Under the pieces are notes generated by a model that was not told the origin of the DNA, ran no database searches, and worked only from the letters and a program-made list of their open reading frames with translations. This document shows positions 1 through 8,539 of a stretch of 64,000 bases of DNA, piece by piece. This stretch comes from Candidatus Latescibacterota bacterium (GTDB lineage: Bacteria; Latescibacterota; UBA2968; UBA8231): assembly GCA_965200315.1 (NCBI GenBank), contig OZ241362.1:32001-96000 (forward strand). The letters run 5' to 3'. Position 1 is the first letter of the stretch. Every line of letters starts with the position of its first letter. The position numbers were made by a program, and so were the translations under genes.

Positions 1-246
1 CTGTACAAAGACGGCGGGCAAGTCGAGGTGCTCGGGGTACTCAAGACGCCGATGCGCGAGGTGCTCGACGTGCTGCTGGCTTATAAGTGCGCTACCTCGG
101 CCGAGATCTCCGACGCGCTCGGCAAAAACATCAACATCGTCTGCAATCGCCTCAACGCCCTGCAACGCCTCGGGTTGGTGTGCCGCCTGCGCGATGGGTC
201 GGTCGCCGGCGGCGGGCGGCAATTTTACTATGTCTCGATTGTCTAA
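1..246 (+). CDS. Partial (5'-truncated) protein with C-terminal winged helix-turn-helix
   Basis: Frame 1 is open from base 1; TSAEISDALGKNINIVCNRLNALQRLGLV followed by the wing GGRQFYY is wHTH-like. Confidence 0.6.
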   Translation: MYKDGGQVEVLGVLKTPMREVLDVLLAYKCATSAEISDALGKNINIVCNRLNALQRLGLVCRLRDGSVAGGGRQFYYVSIV

Positions 247-901
247 GTACTCCCTAAGAGCGGCCTTAGTCGTGGCCTTGGTTTTAGGAGCCGTGGCGGC
301 CAAGCTGCGCAGCGCCCCCACCTTCGTCGTCGAGCCCAGTGTAGAGAACTTTCGCGACGCGCCCAACGGCACCAAGCTGGGCACGTTGCTGGCTGGCACG
401 GAAATCGAGTCCATCGGCGAGGAAGGCCGCTGGGTGCGCTTCCGAGTCGAAGGCTGGGTGTGGGGGCCTTCCCTCGAAGGCTATGTCTCCGAGGAGGAGC
501 GCGACGAGTTAGAGGAAGAGCCGATCCCACCACTCCAAGACGAACGCCCCCGGATCAAGGAGTTGGTCAACGACCGCTATGGGGTGTTCTACGGGGTGGG
601 GCTAGACGAGGATATGGGCCGGCTGTGGCTGCGGTTTCGCGTCCGCGACCTCGAGCGCGAGGCGTGGGAGCGGCGCGCCTTTGCCGTGCAGCGCGGCGCG
701 GTTGAGTTGCTGCAGGGCCGCGTCAAGTTCAGCGAAATCCGCATCGAGACCAACCGGCCCGACGGCAGCGGCGAGGTGGGCCAGTACATCGCCGCGACTG
801 CGGCTGCCGACTTGGCTGGTGCCGGTGAGGATTGGGCGGCGTGGCGGCAGCACACGCGCTTTTCGATTGATGGGGGCGAAACGTGGGAAGAGGCCGAATA
901 A
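230..901 (+). CDS. Exported SH3b-like domain protein
   Basis: Signal-peptide-like N-terminus from ATG 230; ENFRDAPNGTKLGTL...WVRFRVEGWVW resembles bacterial SH3. Confidence 0.55.
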   Translation: MSRLSKYSLRAALVVALVLGAVAAKLRSAPTFVVEPSVENFRDAPNGTKLGTLLAGTEIESIGEEGRWVRFRVEGWVWGPSLEGYVSEEERDELEEEPIPPLQDERPRIKELVNDRYGVFYGVGLDEDMGRLWLRFRVRDLEREAWERRAFAVQRGAVELLQGRVKFSEIRIETNRPDGSGEVGQYIAATAAADLAGAGEDWAAWRQHTRFSIDGGETWEEAE

Positions 902-952
902 ATGCGCACATCGCGACGGGGCCGATCCAGAGCGGCCCGCAAGGCTAATGCC

Positions 953-2188
953 ATGTTGGATCTATATGCGGTAAAGACCCAAATAGACAGCATGGTGGCC
1001 GACGAGCGCCGCGTCCAAGAGGACTTTCGCGCCAAGCTCGAATTGGCTTTGGCCGAGTACCAACGCTGGCTGCCCGAGTGGGAGCACTTAGCCCGCAAGA
1101 TCGACGCAAGCCGCACCTCTTGGCTGTTGCCCGGCTTGGCCGAGGGCCTCGGCAGCGGAATCAACGCGCCCGACCGCCCGGACACCATCAGCATCGCCGC
1201 CACGGACGGCTCGCAAATTTTTCCCGACCGCCACGAGATATCAGCCTGTTTTCTGATCAATATCGGCTACATCCTGCTGCACTACGGCACGGGCGAGAAG
1301 CCGCTGATGAGCAGCAAGCCGCGGCTCTATTACCGCGAGGAGGAAATCTACGAGGAATGGGGCGGGGCCCGGGTCTTTATCAATCGCGAGCTCGTCGGCT
1401 TCAAGCGCGGCCTGATGGAGTTCACCGAGTTGGCCGATTTGGCGTTGGCAGCCCACGCCGAGGGGCATCGGACGCTCGCTCTTTCTGACGGTACGCTGAT
1501 TTTGTGGAACTTGGAGGGCAAGCCGCAAGACTTCCGCGCCGCGCACCTAGAGGCCACCCTAGCGGCGATGGACGAGTTGCGCGAGGCACGGGTGCCGGTG
1601 GCTGGGTACATCAGCCAGCCGGGGAGCCAAGAATTGATCAACGCCCTCAAGCTGGGTCTGTGCCCGCTGGCGGCGGCCGACTGCGACCGCTGCCCCTATC
1701 GGGAAGAGAACCAACTCCACTTCAGCCGCGAAGAAATCGACGCGCTGAATGGGGATTTGTGGCAGGGTCGCGGCTTACCGTGCAGTCCCATTGAAGGGCT
1801 GAGCGACGCGGTCTTGGTACGGCGCGTACTGCGCCCCGGGCAGCGTACGCCGCTCTACCGCAGCGCGTCCAAAATCCTCGCCGAGTACGGGCCGCATTAC
1901 ATCTACTACTTCTACCTGCACGTAGGAAATGAGATTGGTCGGGTCGAAGTGCCGGAATGGGTGGCGGCCGACCGCGAGTTGCTCGACTTGGTCCACGCCT
2001 GTTTGTACGACCAAGCCGAAAAGGGCCAAGGCTATCCGGTCGCCTTGGCCGAGGCGCACGAGCGCGCGGTGGTGCGCAGTGCAGACCGCGAGGCATTCTA
2101 TCGCTTTTTGCGCGACACCTTTGTCAAAAACGACCTGCAAACTCGCTTGTCAACCAAGAGCTTCAAGAAACGCTACACTGGTATTTAG
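953..2188 (+). CDS. nurA: DNA double-strand break repair nuclease NurA
   Basis: ATDGSQ, LSDGTL and GYPVALAEAHERAVV motifs; upstream of HAS-barrel and HerA genes; start taken at MLDL (ORF extends to 902). Confidence 0.9.
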   Translation: MLDLYAVKTQIDSMVADERRVQEDFRAKLELALAEYQRWLPEWEHLARKIDASRTSWLLPGLAEGLGSGINAPDRPDTISIAATDGSQIFPDRHEISACFLINIGYILLHYGTGEKPLMSSKPRLYYREEEIYEEWGGARVFINRELVGFKRGLMEFTELADLALAAHAEGHRTLALSDGTLILWNLEGKPQDFRAAHLEATLAAMDELREARVPVAGYISQPGSQELINALKLGLCPLAAADCDRCPYREENQLHFSREEIDALNGDLWQGRGLPCSPIEGLSDAVLVRRVLRPGQRTPLYRSASKILAEYGPHYIYYFYLHVGNEIGRVEVPEWVAADRELLDLVHACLYDQAEKGQGYPVALAEAHERAVVRSADREAFYRFLRDTFVKNDLQTRLSTKSFKKRYTGI

Positions 2189-2200
2189 GGGAGGCCCACT

Positions 2201-2857
2201 GTGGAGACTATCAAAGAGCGCGAGCGTAGCCCGCTGAGCCGCTTTCAGCCCGAGTCGCTGCCGCTGCCCGGCGACGCCGAGTTAGAGCGGACTCACGTGG
2301 GCGAAGTGGTCGAGAGCAGCACTACCGAATTAATCGCCCAAGCGCGTGAACTGCACGGTGCGCCCTCCTTTGGGCAGTTCATCCGCGTGGAAGCCGAGAT
2401 GCCAGTAGTCGGCATTGTGTTCAACGTCTTCACGCACTCCATCGAGCCGAACCGCCGGCCCACGGCCTACGGCAAAACCGAAGAGGAGTTGCGCCTAGAG
2501 CAGCCACAAATTTTCGAGTTGTTGCGCACGGAGTTCCAAGCCCTCGTCATCGGCTACTTAGAAGGCGATGAGGCCGTGCAAATCCTGCCGCCGCAGCCAG
2601 CGCGCATCCACAGCTTTGTGTACTTGTGCTCGGACGAGCAAGTGCGGTCCTTCACCCGCAGCGACGACTATCTTCGCAGCATCCTCAACACCTCCAAAAT
2701 ACCCACTGACGAGCTGGTGATCGCGGTGTTGCGCCACACGGTGCGCGCCCACGCGCACGCGCCGTCCTATCTGGTGCAGATGGGCAAGGAGCTGTCGCGG
2801 CTCCTCAGCGACGATTACGACCGGCTCAGCGCGATTATCCGCCGGGTGGTCAACTAA
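2201..2857 (+). CDS. HAS-barrel domain protein (HerA/NurA-associated)
   Basis: VGEVVESSTTE..APSFGQF..PPQPARIHSFVY; lies between nurA and herA. Confidence 0.75.
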   Translation: METIKERERSPLSRFQPESLPLPGDAELERTHVGEVVESSTTELIAQARELHGAPSFGQFIRVEAEMPVVGIVFNVFTHSIEPNRRPTAYGKTEEELRLEQPQIFELLRTEFQALVIGYLEGDEAVQILPPQPARIHSFVYLCSDEQVRSFTRSDDYLRSILNTSKIPTDELVIAVLRHTVRAHAHAPSYLVQMGKELSRLLSDDYDRLSAIIRRVVN

Positions 2858-2859
2858 CG

Positions 2860-4542
2860 ATGGCAAAATACGCGCACAACGGAGCGCCAGCCGCGGCCGG
2901 TCGCGGAAAGCAGATTGGGGTAATTACCAAAGGCTCGCTAGTTGAGGGGCTGGAGATGAAGCTGGACCCCGAGCAGAATGTCGAGGACATGAAGGCCGGC
3001 AAATTCGTGGTCATCGAAGGCGACAAAAACGATTTCTTCTCTATGGTCACCGACATGCGCCTCGACGCCAACAACCAAGAGATTCTCCTGCATCCGCCGG
3101 GCCAAGAAGACGCGCTCCTACGCGAGGTGCTCGCCGGCACCAGCACGTACAACATCGTCTCGTTGCGGCCCATGTTGATGATGCCCAAGGATGCGGCCGC
3201 CGACGAAGGCCCGCGGCCGGTCAAGGCCATTCCGAGCCACTTCTCCGAGGTCCAAGAGGCCATGGCCGACGACGTGGCCAAGATCTTCGGCTGCGAAGGC
3301 GACGCCGAGGGCCGCTACTTCAGCATCGGCAACCCGCTCGACATGGACACGCAGGTCTGCCTCGACATGATTCGCTTTGCCGAGCGCTCCAACGGCATAT
3401 TCGGCAAGACCGGCACCGGCAAGTCCTTCCTCACGCGGCTGGCGCTGTGCGGGTTGATTTACTACGACAAGGCCGTCAACCTAATTTTCGACATGCACAA
3501 CGAGTACGGGTTCAAGGCCATGAAGGAAAGCGGATCCACTACGACGTTCGTCAAGGGCCTCAAGCAGCTTTTCGGCGGGCGGGTGGCGATCTTTTCCTTA
3601 GACCCGCAATCGACCCGCGCCCGCGGTGTGCCGCCAGACCACGAGGTCTATATCTCCTACGATCAGATCACCGTCGAAGACATTGCCCCGTTGCAAGACG
3701 AGCTCAAGCTCAACCCCACGGCCGTGGAGTCGGCCTACTTGGTGTACGCGATTTACAAGGAGCGCTGGCTGAGCACCCTCTTGAAGTTGGAAGGGCCGGA
3801 TGTGGAGGAATTTGCCCGCGAGATCGGCGCACACGCCGGGTCTTTAGTGGCCCTGCACCGCAAGCTCAAGCGGCTGGAAAACTTCCCCTTTATGGTCTCC
3901 AAGCTCCGCGGTGGCGACGTGGTGGACCGCATCATGGAATACCTCGACAAGGGGATCAACGTGGTGCTGGAGTTCGGGCAGCAGACGAGTATGCTGTGCT
4001 ACTTGCTGGTGGCCAACATCATCGCACGGCGCATCCACGAGATGTACGTCAAAAAGAGCGAACGCTTCTACGCCACCCAGCGCCCGGAAGATCAGCCGCG
4101 TCAGCTCATGATCACCATTGAGGAGGCGCACAAATTCCTCAACCCCATGGCGGCTAAGCAGACCATCTTCGGCACCATTGCCCGCGAGATGCGCAAGTAC
4201 TATGTCTCGCTGTTGGTCGTCGATCAGCGGCCGTCGAGCATTGACGACGAGGTGCTCTCGCAGATCGGTACGCGCATCACGGCCCTGCTTAACGACGAAA
4301 AAGACATCCAAGCGGTGCTCACCGGCGTCAGCGGCACCGACGGGCTGCGCAGTGTGCTGGCCAGCCTCGATTCCAAGCAGCAGGCCCTGATCATCGGCCA
4401 CGCCGTGCCCATGCCGGTGGTGATCAAGACCCGCGACTACGACGTGCAGTTTTACCGCGACATGGGCTGCATGGACTACTTGCCGGCCGCGGAGCGGCGG
4501 GAGAAGACGGAGCGGGGGTCGGCGGCGTTGTTTGGGGAGTAG
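2860..4542 (+). CDS. herA: HerA-family helicase/ATPase (DUF87)
   Basis: Walker A GKTGTGKS, IFDMHNEYG, Walker B ITIEEAH, AREMRK, DQRPS. Confidence 0.9.
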   Translation: MAKYAHNGAPAAAGRGKQIGVITKGSLVEGLEMKLDPEQNVEDMKAGKFVVIEGDKNDFFSMVTDMRLDANNQEILLHPPGQEDALLREVLAGTSTYNIVSLRPMLMMPKDAAADEGPRPVKAIPSHFSEVQEAMADDVAKIFGCEGDAEGRYFSIGNPLDMDTQVCLDMIRFAERSNGIFGKTGTGKSFLTRLALCGLIYYDKAVNLIFDMHNEYGFKAMKESGSTTTFVKGLKQLFGGRVAIFSLDPQSTRARGVPPDHEVYISYDQITVEDIAPLQDELKLNPTAVESAYLVYAIYKERWLSTLLKLEGPDVEEFAREIGAHAGSLVALHRKLKRLENFPFMVSKLRGGDVVDRIMEYLDKGINVVLEFGQQTSMLCYLLVANIIARRIHEMYVKKSERFYATQRPEDQPRQLMITIEEAHKFLNPMAAKQTIFGTIAREMRKYYVSLLVVDQRPSSIDDEVLSQIGTRITALLNDEKDIQAVLTGVSGTDGLRSVLASLDSKQQALIIGHAVPMPVVIKTRDYDVQFYRDMGCMDYLPAAERREKTERGSAALFGE

Positions 4543-4551
4543 GGGTGGGCG

Positions 4552-5265
4552 ATGGAAACTTTCTCGGACGGACAGCACACCATCTACCAAGGCGATGCGG
4601 TCTGTATTTTGGAATCGGATCGGATTCCAGAGGCCAGCATCGACCTGATATTCGCCGATCCACCGTACAACATAGGCAAGGACTTCAACGGGCGGCGCGA
4701 CAAATGGCCCAGCGAAGAGGCGTACTGCGCGTGGGTATCCCACTGGCTCGATTTGTGCGTCCGCAAGCTCAAGCCGACTGGCAGCCTGTATTTAATGTGT
4801 GCCACACAGTGTTTTGCGCCGTTTGATTTGCTCTTGCGCCAACGCCTGACCATTCTCTCGCGGATTGTCTGGCACTACGACAGCTCTGGGGTTCAAGCTA
4901 CCTTCAATGCAGACGACATCCTCGTCGAGGCCAAAACTGGGGCGCAGCGCAAACTAATCGACTATCGCAAACCGGTTCCCACCCAATACAATAGGAAGAA
5001 AGTGCCCGGCAATGCTTGGTACTTTCCACGAGTCCGCTATCGGATGCCTGAGTACGAGGAACATCCGGCGCAAAAGCCGATTGCGTTACTAGAGAGGATT
5101 ATTGCCGCTAGTTCAAATCCTGGAGAAGTCGTCCTCGATCCATTCGCCGGAACATTTACTTCGGCTCGCGCTGCTGCCAATCTCAACCGTAGAAGCATGA
5201 GTATTGAGATTGACGAGGAGTATGTGAAAATTGGACTTAGACGGCTCGAATTGGCTACCGAATAG
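4552..5265 (+). CDS. Beta-class adenine DNA methyltransferase (YhdJ/AvaIII-like), apparently with an internal in-frame deletion
   Basis: DPPY, HPAQKP and VLDPFAGTFT motifs; YDSSGVQA abuts TFNAD without the intervening YEPIL segment of YhdJ. Confidence 0.75.
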   Translation: METFSDGQHTIYQGDAVCILESDRIPEASIDLIFADPPYNIGKDFNGRRDKWPSEEAYCAWVSHWLDLCVRKLKPTGSLYLMCATQCFAPFDLLLRQRLTILSRIVWHYDSSGVQATFNADDILVEAKTGAQRKLIDYRKPVPTQYNRKKVPGNAWYFPRVRYRMPEYEEHPAQKPIALLERIIAASSNPGEVVLDPFAGTFTSARAAANLNRRSMSIEIDEEYVKIGLRRLELATE

Positions 5266-5348
5266 CGAGTTACGCGATCCTCAAAGTTCATTTTTCGGCA
5301 GAAATCATCTTTATTGGAAGGACCCGCGATACTATCGAAGAAGGAGCA

Positions 5349-5789
5349 TTGGAGTTGTTCAAGACAGGACGAACTAATGCCAATGACGGAGGTATTGATT
5401 TCGTCATGAGGCCGTTGGGTAGATTTTTTCAAGTTACGGAAACTCTCGATATAAAAAAATACTTTTTGGACATAGACAAAATCGAGAGGTATCCAATCTC
5501 GTTTGTGATCAAGACTACGCTTGAGATCGATGAAATTCGTTCACGCTTAGAAGATGGTGCTAAAGAGCAATATGGGGTGCGTGAGATTGTGCGGCGGTAT
5601 ATGGCTGCTATAGAAGACATTTTCAATATTACCAAATTGATCGGGATTTTTAATGTCTTAGCGGATCAAGGTCGAGTCTCTGAGGTGCTAGACGAAATAA
5701 TTCGCTGGAGCAAAGTGGAATTCAATATTGAAGACGATCTAGATTCTTCTGAAAGTGTCGCTGACGAAGACGAGGATACCGACGATTGA
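5349..5789 (+). pseudogene. C-terminal fragment of a Type II restriction endonuclease
   Basis: AT-richer; TGRTNANDGGIDF..FFQVTE nuclease-like motif lies right at the ORF start; follows the MTase; N-terminal part absent. Confidence 0.55.
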
Positions 5790-5810
5790 AAGGCTGGGGA
5801 GTAGGGGAGC

Positions 5811-6395
5811 TTACTTGAGCAACAGCGTCCCGATGGTGGAAATCCAACTGGCCAAGACGACGCCGAGCGTCCAGTGAAATTTGGTGTTCATTTCCTTGCG
5901 CAGTTCCGCAAACCCGACGTTCATTTCTTGGCGCAGTTGGTTGGTTCGGGCGTCGATTTTTTGGTCTAAGGCTTTGAATCCGACGTTCATTTCTTGGCGT
6001 AGTTGGTTGGTCTGGGCGTCGATTTTTTGGTCTGCGGCTTCGAATCCGGCGTTCATTTCTTGGCGCAGTTGGTTGGTTCGGGCGTCGATTTTTTGGTCTA
6101 AGGCTTTGAATCCGGCGTTCGTTTCTTGGCGTAGTTGATTGGTCTGGGCGTCGGTCTTTTGGTCTGCGGCTTCGAATCCGGCGTTCATTTCTTGGCGTAG
6201 TTCCGCAAATCCGGTGTTCGTTTCTTGGCGCAGTTGATTGGTTTGGGCGTCGGTCTTTTGGTCTGCGGCTTCGAATCGCTGGTCCCATTTTTGATCTAGG
6301 ATGCGTAGGTCGTCTTCGATGAGGGTCAGGCGGCGATCTACTTGGAGTAAGACGTCGCGCGTCGTCAACTCAGTGAGGGGTTGTTCGGTAGGCAT
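5811..6395 (-). CDS. Coiled-coil repeat protein with C-terminal membrane anchor (DUF1640/CCDC90/Bdr-like)
   Basis: Tandem 22-aa and 11-aa repeats (QEMNAGFEAADQKTDAQTNQLR); hydrophobic tail WTLGVVLASWISTIGTLLLK. Confidence 0.75.
   Translation of the reverse strand: MPTEQPLTELTTRDVLLQVDRRLTLIEDDLRILDQKWDQRFEAADQKTDAQTNQLRQETNTGFAELRQEMNAGFEAADQKTDAQTNQLRQETNAGFKALDQKIDARTNQLRQEMNAGFEAADQKIDAQTNQLRQEMNVGFKALDQKIDARTNQLRQEMNVGFAELRKEMNTKFHWTLGVVLASWISTIGTLLLK
5885..6280. repeat. Intragenic tandem repeat (66-bp units with 33-bp half units)
   Basis: Repeated ttcatttcttggcg(c/t)agttg(g/a)ttggt...ttttggtct units. Confidence 0.9.
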
Positions 6396-6607
6396 GAGAT
6401 CGGAACCTTACTTCTGGTTAAAAATTAAGATACGCTCAAAAATTGAGTATGCAAAACTTGGGCCAATGGCGTTTCACAGAGGAAGCCGGCGGGCCGCATA
6501 GTCGGCGTATGTAGCGTTTCTAAGACGCCGTGTTTCCTTTTGGTCCCATTCTCCCACGCTAAGCTGAGCGCATTCCAGTTTGGGTTCTCAATCCATGCCT
6601 CCCGAAT

Positions 6608-6890
6608 CTAGGCCGCTGGCTGGATGGGTCGCTCTACGTATTCGACGTAGATGCGCTCCAAGTCGGCTTCTTGGAATTCGTCGCGGGTGAGCGTCTTGAC
6701 GAGGTGGCCCTCGACCATGATGCCGAGCCGGTCGGCGATCACGCGGGCGCGGAACACATCGTGGGTGGTCATCCAGATGGCCTTGCCCTCGTTGCGTAGC
6801 TCGTCCAACAGCTCCAAGAACTCGGCCCCGGACTTGGGATCGAGGCCCGGTGTCGGCTCGTCGAGCAGCACGATCTGGGCGTCTTTGGTT
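6608..6890 (-). pseudogene. 3' fragment of an ABC transporter ATP-binding protein
   Basis: IVLLDEPT.GLDP Walker B/D-loop and TTHD H-loop present; no Walker A or signature motif upstream in frame. Confidence 0.7.
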
Positions 6891-6990
6891 TGAGCTTCAC
6901 GGCCCAAGTCTTCAGGCTTGAGATCATACGTCGCATGTGCCGCGCAACCACGAAAAAGCTGCTTTCTCCGTTTCTCGCTTCCCAAGCCCT

Positions 6991-7761
6991 TCAGCGGCCG
7001 ACGATGGCCGACGAAAAGGTGAGAATCCCGAACCGGGTGGCGCGGTGGAAGTCGGCTACGGGCGTGCCGGTATCGGACCACAGCCCAAATTGGCCTTGGT
7101 AGCCCTTGGTGCGGTTGAGTCCGGCGCGCCATTGGTCGCCGTCTTGGGGCGGGATCTGCCCACCCAAGTGGCGGAAGTTGTCGTGCGGGATGGAGATTTC
7201 GAGGATCCAGCTTTGGTCGGTGTCCGCGTGGTCGTTGAGGGTGCCGTCGTAGGTTGTGGCAATGACCACGCCTTCGCTCTGCCAAGACGGGTGAATGGCC
7301 TTGGTGCGCTCCTTGCCGCCGCGGAAGGCGATGTAGTCGAGCAGCGTGCCGTTGATGTTCATCTCATAGCCATAGTAGTTGCCGGGGACTTCCATGTTGG
7401 GGGAGGCGAAAATTTCGACGGCGTCCTCTTGGTACACCGCTCCGTCGTGCTCGGTTACTTCTGAGTGCAGATACGGATCGACGCACTCGTAGATGATGTA
7501 GAGGTTGTCGTCGTCCCAGAGCAAGCGTGCCGTTGTGGATTGTGGTTGCTCTTTTTCGAGGTCGCTCCAAGGCATTACAAAGGCAATGGGCGCGGCGTGT
7601 TGCCAGTCGGATTCGTCTAAGCGACCATCGACTTGAATCCCTTGGTCGGTGCGGAGGACCTCGTAGGTGGGTAGCTCGTCAGGCGGGGCTTGGAAGCGGG
7701 TGTTCTCTTGGGCGCTGGCAGAGCCAGCAAAGGCGAGGGCGAAGAGCAGGCTGTAGAGCAT
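6991..7761 (-). CDS. Secreted carbohydrate-binding family 9-like protein
   Basis: Signal peptide MLYSLLFALAFAGSASA; IQVDGRLDESDW, LLWDDDNLYI, DAVEIF and WILEISIP motifs. Confidence 0.8.
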   Translation of the reverse strand: MLYSLLFALAFAGSASAQENTRFQAPPDELPTYEVLRTDQGIQVDGRLDESDWQHAAPIAFVMPWSDLEKEQPQSTTARLLWDDDNLYIIYECVDPYLHSEVTEHDGAVYQEDAVEIFASPNMEVPGNYYGYEMNINGTLLDYIAFRGGKERTKAIHPSWQSEGVVIATTYDGTLNDHADTDQSWILEISIPHDNFRHLGGQIPPQDGDQWRAGLNRTKGYQGQFGLWSDTGTPVADFHRATRFGILTFSSAIVGR

Positions 7762-7772
7762 GGTCAATCCTT

Positions 7773-8243
7773 TCACTGAAGGCAGGGTGTTTCCCCGCGT
7801 GAAAATGCTTGGGCGATCTGGTCGCAGCGTTCGTTGTCTGGGTCGCCGGCGTGGCCTTGGGTGTACTGCCACTCGATGGTGGGTGTATTGAGTTGGTCCA
7901 GGGTGCGCCACAGGTCTTGGTTGAGCACGGGCTTTTGCGCGGCCGTGCGCCAGCCGCGCCGCTTCCAGCCGTGAATCCACTCGGTAATGCCCTTGCGCAG
8001 GTACTCGCTGTCTGTAACGAGCGTGATAGCGATGGCGGATGGGACGGCGCGGAGACCTTCGATGGCCGCTTGTAATTCCATGCGGTTGTTTGTGGTGTCC
8101 GGCGCAAAGCCGCCCAATTCCACGACGCGGCCATCGCCGTAGAGCAGCCGCGCTGCCCAGCCGCCTGGCCCCGGGTTGAACGAACAGGCGCCGTCGGTGA
8201 AAATGGTCACTGTTTGTGCGGGATTGGATTGCTGTTGTATCAC
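7773..8243 (-). CDS. rnhA: Ribonuclease HI
   Basis: IFTDGACSFNPGPGGW, TTNNRMEL, TDSEYL, GHAGDPDNERCD; start uncertain (ORF extends to 8294). Confidence 0.95.
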   Translation of the reverse strand: MIQQQSNPAQTVTIFTDGACSFNPGPGGWAARLLYGDGRVVELGGFAPDTTNNRMELQAAIEGLRAVPSAIAITLVTDSEYLRKGITEWIHGWKRRGWRTAAQKPVLNQDLWRTLDQLNTPTIEWQYTQGHAGDPDNERCDQIAQAFSRGETPCLQ

Positions 8244-8387
8244 AGGATTTGCCTTTATTTTCGATGAGCCGCTAGTTTGGCTACAATAAAACATGGCGCG
8301 AATAAGGGCAATCGAGGCGGGTATTCGCGGTTATTTGTGCCCAAGGTGATTGCTTTTACATTAGGGGATTCTTTTGAATGGAGGCTG

Positions 8388-8500
8388 CTAGGTAGGAGAT
8401 GCTTCGCCTCCACTACGTTGCGGCTCAGCATGATAGACCGGGAGGTCCGCTCCTGTCATGCTGAGCGGAGCGCAGCGAAGTCGAAGCATCTCATGCCTAG
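8388..8500. repeat. Imperfect palindromic REP/RPE-like element
   Basis: Arms ctagg..gagatgcttcg..gctcagcatga and tcatgctgagc..cgaagcatctc..cctag are reverse complements. Confidence 0.7.
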
Positions 8501-8539
8501 GGGGCCGATGAGTAACGTCAATTAGAAAGAAAATGCAAT

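Noticed and set aside
953-4542. HerA as an antiphage system (Sir2-HerA or DUF4297-HerA type)
   Set aside because: The partner is NurA and the composition is host-like, consistent with DNA repair
5885-6280. Possible CRISPR array
   Set aside because: Repeats are contiguous, in frame and coding, with no unique spacers and no cas genes
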